NCBI RefSeq assembly: GCF_006345805.1
Contig: NW_021832894.1
Location: forward strand, 1-29,694
DNA length: 29,694 nt
Direction: 5' to 3'
DNA from: Octopus sinensis
Lineage: Eukaryota
Shown here: positions 24,491 through 29,694 of the stretch, piece by piece
Numbering within the stretch: position 1 is the first letter of the stretch
How the letters are laid out: each line of letters starts with the position of its first letter
Made by a program: the position numbers and the translations under genes
Notes under the pieces: generated by a model
What the model was told of the DNA's origin: nothing
What the model saw: only the letters and a program-made list of their open reading frames with translations
The model's database searches: none

Positions 24491-24964
24491 CAATTTCGAA
24501 TCTTGTGCCATGAGTAGAAAAGAGGGATCTTTTCAGTTTGAACGACAGTGTTTTTCTAGTGGTGTTATATGAAATTGTCACCCATAATTATGACCCTAGT
24601 ATCGATCTATTGCATTTCAATCTCTTTTAGGGTTAGGGGTGGGGGGAAGGGTATCTTTTTGGTTTCACAAATGTAAATAAACCCAATCTGTTTCTTAAAC
24701 AAGGGACATATTCATATGGCACAGATGCGAACGTGTGACTTACCTACGTCGCCAACCTCCAAATACGGTTGTATTTCCTTGCAAACCCCCTCATACCATT
24801 GCCCACCGCATTTTACCACCCAGTATAAATTTTGGGGCCAATCCGACTCCATCTACCGCCCCTTAAATGGTTCCCATCCCAAAATGAGACAAATAACCAA
24901 GAAATCAAACAACTTTTTCGCATTTCAGCTTCATAGATATTGATAATGGATATAGATATAAATA

Positions 24965-25410
24965 CAATCATAACAGTCTACAAGGAGGCGAAGGTGTAAC
25001 ACAACTATAGCAAAAGATTTTTTAGAAGTAACTGAACAACAGTCTAGAAAATTGTCAAAAAATTTTAAGAGATTGGTTCCACGGCTGGGCGCCCTGGACG
25101 TGGCCAAAAAAGAAATGTGCGGACCCTTCAGCTTATCAAATGTATCAAAGAGAAGACACAGTGAAATCTTCGTCGTTCCCTCAGAAAACTGGATGCTACA
25201 GTAAAAATAAGCTGAACATCGGTGTATCCAAGCGCTGAAGGAGTGTCTCAGGACCCAACGATAAAAGATGATCCGTTGTCATGAGCTCACACAAGTTTAC
25301 AAAGCCATGGAACTGGAGAGGAATCGTCTTAGCATGCGTGAGATTGTTGACGAAAAGGAATTTGACATCGAATAGATAGTAAACCAGCAGAATGGCCAGC
25401 CTTTGTGTGT
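24965..25410 (+). mobile_element. Decayed Tc1/mariner transposase 5' part (DD37D/maT-like, tentative)
   Basis: Pieced frames read TIAKD..KIVKKF*EIGSTAGRPGRGQKRNVRT..IKEK..N.RRSLRKL..IS.TSV (HTH region) and HELT..K..LER..EIV-DEKEFDIE*IVNQQN (first catalytic D region). Confidence 0.7.
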
Positions 25411-25419
25411 ATCTGGCTC

Positions 25420-26035
25420 CGTCGAGGGTGGATCGATAAATTGACGTCAATATGTGATGCTTGCATACTACTTCCAACATAAAACCGAGCGACCATATCC
25501 ATAACAGTGAGGTACTATCAAAATGCAGCATATCAGGTACTGGAGCCATCCTCATCACCATACAGTTGAGATGGTCAGGTCATCTCTCACGTATTCCAAA
25601 GCAACTTCTCTTAGGCCAATTCCTATAAGGAAGGTCAGTTGAAAGGTCACTCCTACGCTTCAAAGGCAAACTAAAAAAACAATCTGAAGCGATGCAACAT
25701 GCCCTTTTCTCCCTGGGAAACCAAAGCACCAGATCGCAGAAGCTAATACTAGACCTTCTTCTCGTCAGGTTTGAGAATAATCGGCTCCAACAACGGGAAC
25801 AACTTCGTGCAAGCATAAAGGTACGCTGGCAAAACACTATTCCACTAAATAGAAACCTCGCATGTCATTGTGGTTTTGGGGCACGAAGCAAAGCAGGCTT
25901 TATTGTCCGCTGAAGAAAACACATGGTAAATGATCCAGAAGCACTGAAACAAAGTGAGCACTCAACTGGTTTTATTTGCCAAAAGATTTGCAAGGCACCA
26001 GGGGGCATCAAGAGAGACATTCGCGTCCAGAGAAC
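25420..26035 (+). mobile_element. Decayed RTE/BovB-like LINE C-terminus
   Basis: SDHI.NSEVLSKC.I....LITIQLRWSGHLSR-IPKQLL.GQ...LRFK.KLK..WETKAPDR, followed by degenerate C-x2-C..H motifs. Confidence 0.75.
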
Positions 26036-26092
26036 ACGGTTAACACTTTATTTTACTGAACCTCTATTTGTTGTTCACGACGAGAGAATCCA

Positions 26093-26340
26093 TCATATAT
26101 GTGTGTATGTGTGCATGTATGTGTATGTGTGTCTGTGTGCGTGTGTGTGTGTATGCGTGTGTGTGTCTGTGCATGTATGTGTGTATGCGTGTGTGTGTGC
26201 GCGCGTGTGCGTGTATATGTGTGTGTGCGTGTGTGTGTGTATGTGTGCGGGTGTGCGTGTGTGTGTATGTGTGTGTGCACGTGTGTGCATGTATATGTGT
26301 GTGTGCGCGTGTATGAGTGTGTGTGTGTGTGTGTGTGTAT
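26093..26340. repeat. Compound (TG)/(TGTA)/(TGCG) microsatellite
   Basis: Directly visible; a further (CA)-rich tract lies at ~26476-26565. Confidence 0.95.
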
Positions 26341-26714
26341 TCACACAGTTTGATGTGTTGAATTGAACCAATCGCCCCCAGTAATTGTCTTTTCTCAGGC
26401 AGCTACTCATTCGTTCCTTCTCTCTTTTTGTTGAAGTGCCATGTTACAGGGACATGGACATAGCCAATAGAATCCACACACACACACACACACTTACGTA
26501 CGCACATATACACACATGCACTCACGCATGAGTTCGCGCGCACACACGCACAAACACACACATATACGTTCCAATGCAAAGAAATGCAAATTTTATTTTA
26601 TTTATGAATATGTAATGAGCAAAACTGAAAGGAATTCTAAACATTTTAATTTTTATTAAAGACCACATTAATAAAGTAACTTATATCTGTGTACTCTTCA
26701 TTTTTTTCTTGTTC

Positions 26715-27112
26715 ATTATGTATATATACATGTAGATATCTATATACGTATATATATACATGTATGTATGTATGTATGTATGTATGTATGCATGCATGCA
26801 TGCATGTATGTATGTATATATGTATGCATCCATGCATGTATGTATGTATATATGTATGTATGTATGCATATATGAATGTATGTATGTATGCATGTATGTA
26901 TGCATGTATGTATGCATGTATGTATGTATATATGTATGTATGTATATGTGTATGTATTTATGTAAGTATGTGTGTATGCATGCATGCATGCATGTATGTA
27001 TGTATTTATGTATGTATGCATGCATGCATGTATGTATGTATGCATGCATGTATGTATGTGTGTATGTATGCATACATGCATGTATGTATGTATGTACGTA
27101 CGTATGTATGTA
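26715..27112. repeat. Compound (TATG)/(CATG) microsatellite
   Basis: Directly visible, with self-complementary TGCATGCATGCA runs. Confidence 0.95.
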
Positions 27113-27230
27113 TTGCATCTTATTACAAGTCAGTAGCTTGCGGATTTTCCTGTCAATTTTCATTATTTCACTAGTATTCCAGTTGAGCACATTGAAGCTA
27201 TAAAGAACAACTGGTACTGCTAAGGAATTA
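27110..27230 (-). mobile_element. Short fragment of a second, diverged Dong/R4-like LINE
   Basis: NSLAVPVVLYSFNVLNWNTSEIMKIDRKIRKLLTCNKM aligns to NALAIPVVTYSFNIVNWSITEICQLDRKIRKLLTMHRM in the adjacent element. Confidence 0.8.
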
Positions 27231-27233
27231 TTA

Positions 27234-27270
<37 letters not shown>
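27227..27270 (-). repeat. (TAA)n tract at the 3' end of the Dong/R4-like LINE
   Basis: About 14 ATT units on the plus strand, abutting the 3' UTR. Confidence 0.9.
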
Positions 27271-27272
<2 letters not shown>

Positions 27273-29694
27273 GTTTGACTTTTGCTTTATGTTTGTACAA
27301 GTTGGCTCCAAGTCTCACCCAGAGACCTCAAGAGACAACAGGTTGCCATATATTTGGGGGTTTTTGGTGTTGTACTAGTGAATGTCTAATAAATAAATTT
27401 AAAAAAAAAAGTTTGTTTTAAACCTTGGGATTACATAGAGAGTATTTTGCGCAGGATATGAGCAGTTCCCTACCTTTTGAATTTCTGCCATTTTGGGGTT
27501 TCCTGGTATCTGAGTTAGGTAGCAATCAGCCCCTTTCGCTATCATTCCCAGGGCACCTATGACAACAGGTATTATTTAAGTCTTCAGGTTCCATATTTTG
27601 CTGATTTCTATTTCAAGATCTTTATATTTGCTCAGTTTTTGGTAGGTCTTGACGGATACGTTTATATCGATTGGGACAGTCATATCTATGAGGAGGCATG
27701 TTCTTTGTCTGAAGTCTTTCAATATGATGTCTGGCCTATTTGCGTCTATCTTTCTGTCAGTTTGAATGGTGAAGTTCCAGAGGAGTGAGATGTGGTCATT
27801 TTCAAGCGCTGAAGGTGGATTGTGTTCCCACCAGTTTTATTCATGGGGCAAATCCAGGTTTTTGCAAATTACCCAGTGAATATATTGTGCAGCTCTATCA
27901 TGCCTGTTGAGGTACTCTGTAGGCGCTAGAAGACTGCATTTGGAGACAACATGATCAATGGTTTCATTTTGTTGTCAGCATGCATGACATGTTGGGCTAC
28001 TGCCGTTCTTTAATATGTTGGCCTGGTAGTTTCTTGTTGGTAGGCATTGATCTTGAGCTGCTATGATAAACCCTTCTGTTTCAGATTTTAAGCCAGAGGC
28101 CATTAGCCATTGATGGGTCAGGGCTTTGTCAATATCTGCATTATTCGCTCTCTTTGGGTATTTGCCATAGAGAGGTTTTTCTTGCCATTTATTATTCAGA
28201 ATATCTAGGGCCGCAGTTTTGGCATGGGTTTTCATGCGCATAGCTTTTTCTGTGCTTGTTTCTTGTATGTCTATCTCTAATTCCGAAATTTGTTGTATTC
28301 GGAATTCACTTAGATATTCCTTTGCCTGTTTTGTTACTGAGTATGATGCTTTCTTGTTTTCATGTTTTGAGACAAGTTTTAACATCCAGTCCTCAGACTT
28401 TTTCAGGTAGGTGTCTAGGCCAATTGTAGCAATCTTCATTGTTATTGCCAGTTGTAAAAGACCACGGCCTCCCTCTTTTCTTGGCAGATAAAGTCGTTCT
28501 GTATCTGCCTTAGGGTGGTGCATTCTATGCATTGTCAACAGTTTTCGTATTTTTCTGTCGAGCTGACATATTTCAGTAATTGACCAGTTAACGATATTGA
28601 AACTGTAAGTTACGACTGGTATGGCTAATGCATTGATCGCTTCGATCCTGTTTCTTGCATTCAGCTCTGTCTTGAGTATTGCTCTCACTCTTCGATAACA
28701 TTCTCTCCTGATCCTTTCCTTCATCTCTGAATGCCTTATTCCATTCCCCTAGGTACTTGTAGCTCTCCGCTGGGTCTAGTTCTTTTATGACATTCTGCTG
28801 GTCAAGGTTAACGTTAGATATTTCTGTCATTTTTCCTTTGATAAAGGTAGCTTTTGCACATTTATCGAGGCTGAATTGCATTCTGATGTCGTCACTGAAT
28901 TGTTTGACTATCGCTTGTAAGCCCTTGAGTTGTTGGTCATTTTTTGCAAAAAGCTTTAAATCATCCATGTAAATGAGATGGTTTATATTTTTATCAAACA
29001 TTTTATACCCGTACTGCGCATCATTGAGCAGTTTTGAGAGAGGTATTAAGGATAAACAAAAGAGGAGTGGTGACAGTGAGTCACCCTGGAAAATGCCACA
29101 TGAAATTTTTACATCACCAGCATTTAGGGATTCATTGTCACTGTCCAGAGTTAGTGTGGTTCTCCGTGATCTCATACTTACAGTCAAAAAGTTTCGCAGA
29201 GTAGGTGCTATCTTATACATTTCCAGGCATTTCCTAATCCAGCTATGTGGTAGGCTATCAAAAGCCTTTTTATAGTCTATCCAGGCTATTGATAAGTTTT
29301 TGTGTCGTTTGACGATCTTCTAAGATCATCTTATTGATGAGTAGTTGATCTTTACAGCCGTAGGATCCACGTTTACATCCTTTCTGTTCATTAGGGAATA
29401 TGCTGCTGTCTGTTAAAAAACTATAAGTATATTCCGTCAGGACAGATGTTAGCGTTTTATACATAGTTGTTAAGCAGGTTATGGGTCTATAGTTTTTTGG
29501 TTCATTTGTTTCTTCACTTTTTGGAAGCAGGAATGTTAACCCATTAACTAGCCAAGGAGGAATCCTACTAGGGTGTTGCAAAACATCATTGTAAAGTTCT
29601 GTTAGCAGTTCATGGCTCTCTGGGAAGACATTCAACCAGAAGTTAGGAATTTTATCCTTTCCTGGAGACTTCCATTTGCTTGACCTCCTGAGAG
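27271..29694 (-). mobile_element. RLE-class non-LTR retrotransposon (R4/Dong-like), RT plus CCHC plus restriction-like endonuclease, decayed; runs off the window
   Basis: PKNYRPITCL, QKGC..GCKDQLLINK, GIFQGDSLSPLLF, YMDDLKLF, CHAC*QQNETIDHVVSKC, RHD, RPDIILKD..LIDMTV, KLSKYKDL. At least two frameshifts and three in-frame stops; ORF ends at 27431; (TAA)n tail. Confidence 0.9.

Noticed and set aside
25196-25837. Minus-strand ORFs of 121 and 85 aa
   Set aside because: They are antisense shadows of plus-strand Tc1/mariner and RTE relics.
25923-27203. Many long ORFs rich in C/V/Y/M/H/T
   Set aside because: They are translations of dinucleotide and tetranucleotide microsatellites.

Overview
AT-rich eukaryotic DNA, most likely a coleoid cephalopod (Octopus-like). 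This is inferred from tandem [18 protein letters not shown]2H2 arrays and two tRNA-derived SINE families; I could not run a database search. Positions ~1.9-24 kb hold a C2H2 zinc-finger (ZNF) cluster built as an imperfect ~21 kb palindrome of four paralogous units: A and B on the minus strand, C and D on the plus strand. Each unit has a short non-coding exon, a GT-AG intron and one terminal exon carrying all fingers, with no effector domain. C (14718-15347, 7 fingers) and D (23495-23959) are open. B is frameshifted, and A is broken by an inversion and a CR1-group LINE. The four units carry all four combinations of two first-exon types and two terminal-exon types, which suggests paralog recombination inside the shared intron. 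Both UTRs are made of decayed fingers, and the start codon itself lies in a frameshifted dead finger. The window is dense in TEs: SINEs, three non-autonomous Helitrons, MITEs, RTE, CR1, a Tc1/mariner relic and a Dong/R4-like LINE at 27.3-29.7 kb. Coordinates were read by eye (ends approximate unless a motif is quoted), identities are visual estimates, and scattered 1-bp homopolymer indels may be sequencing errors.
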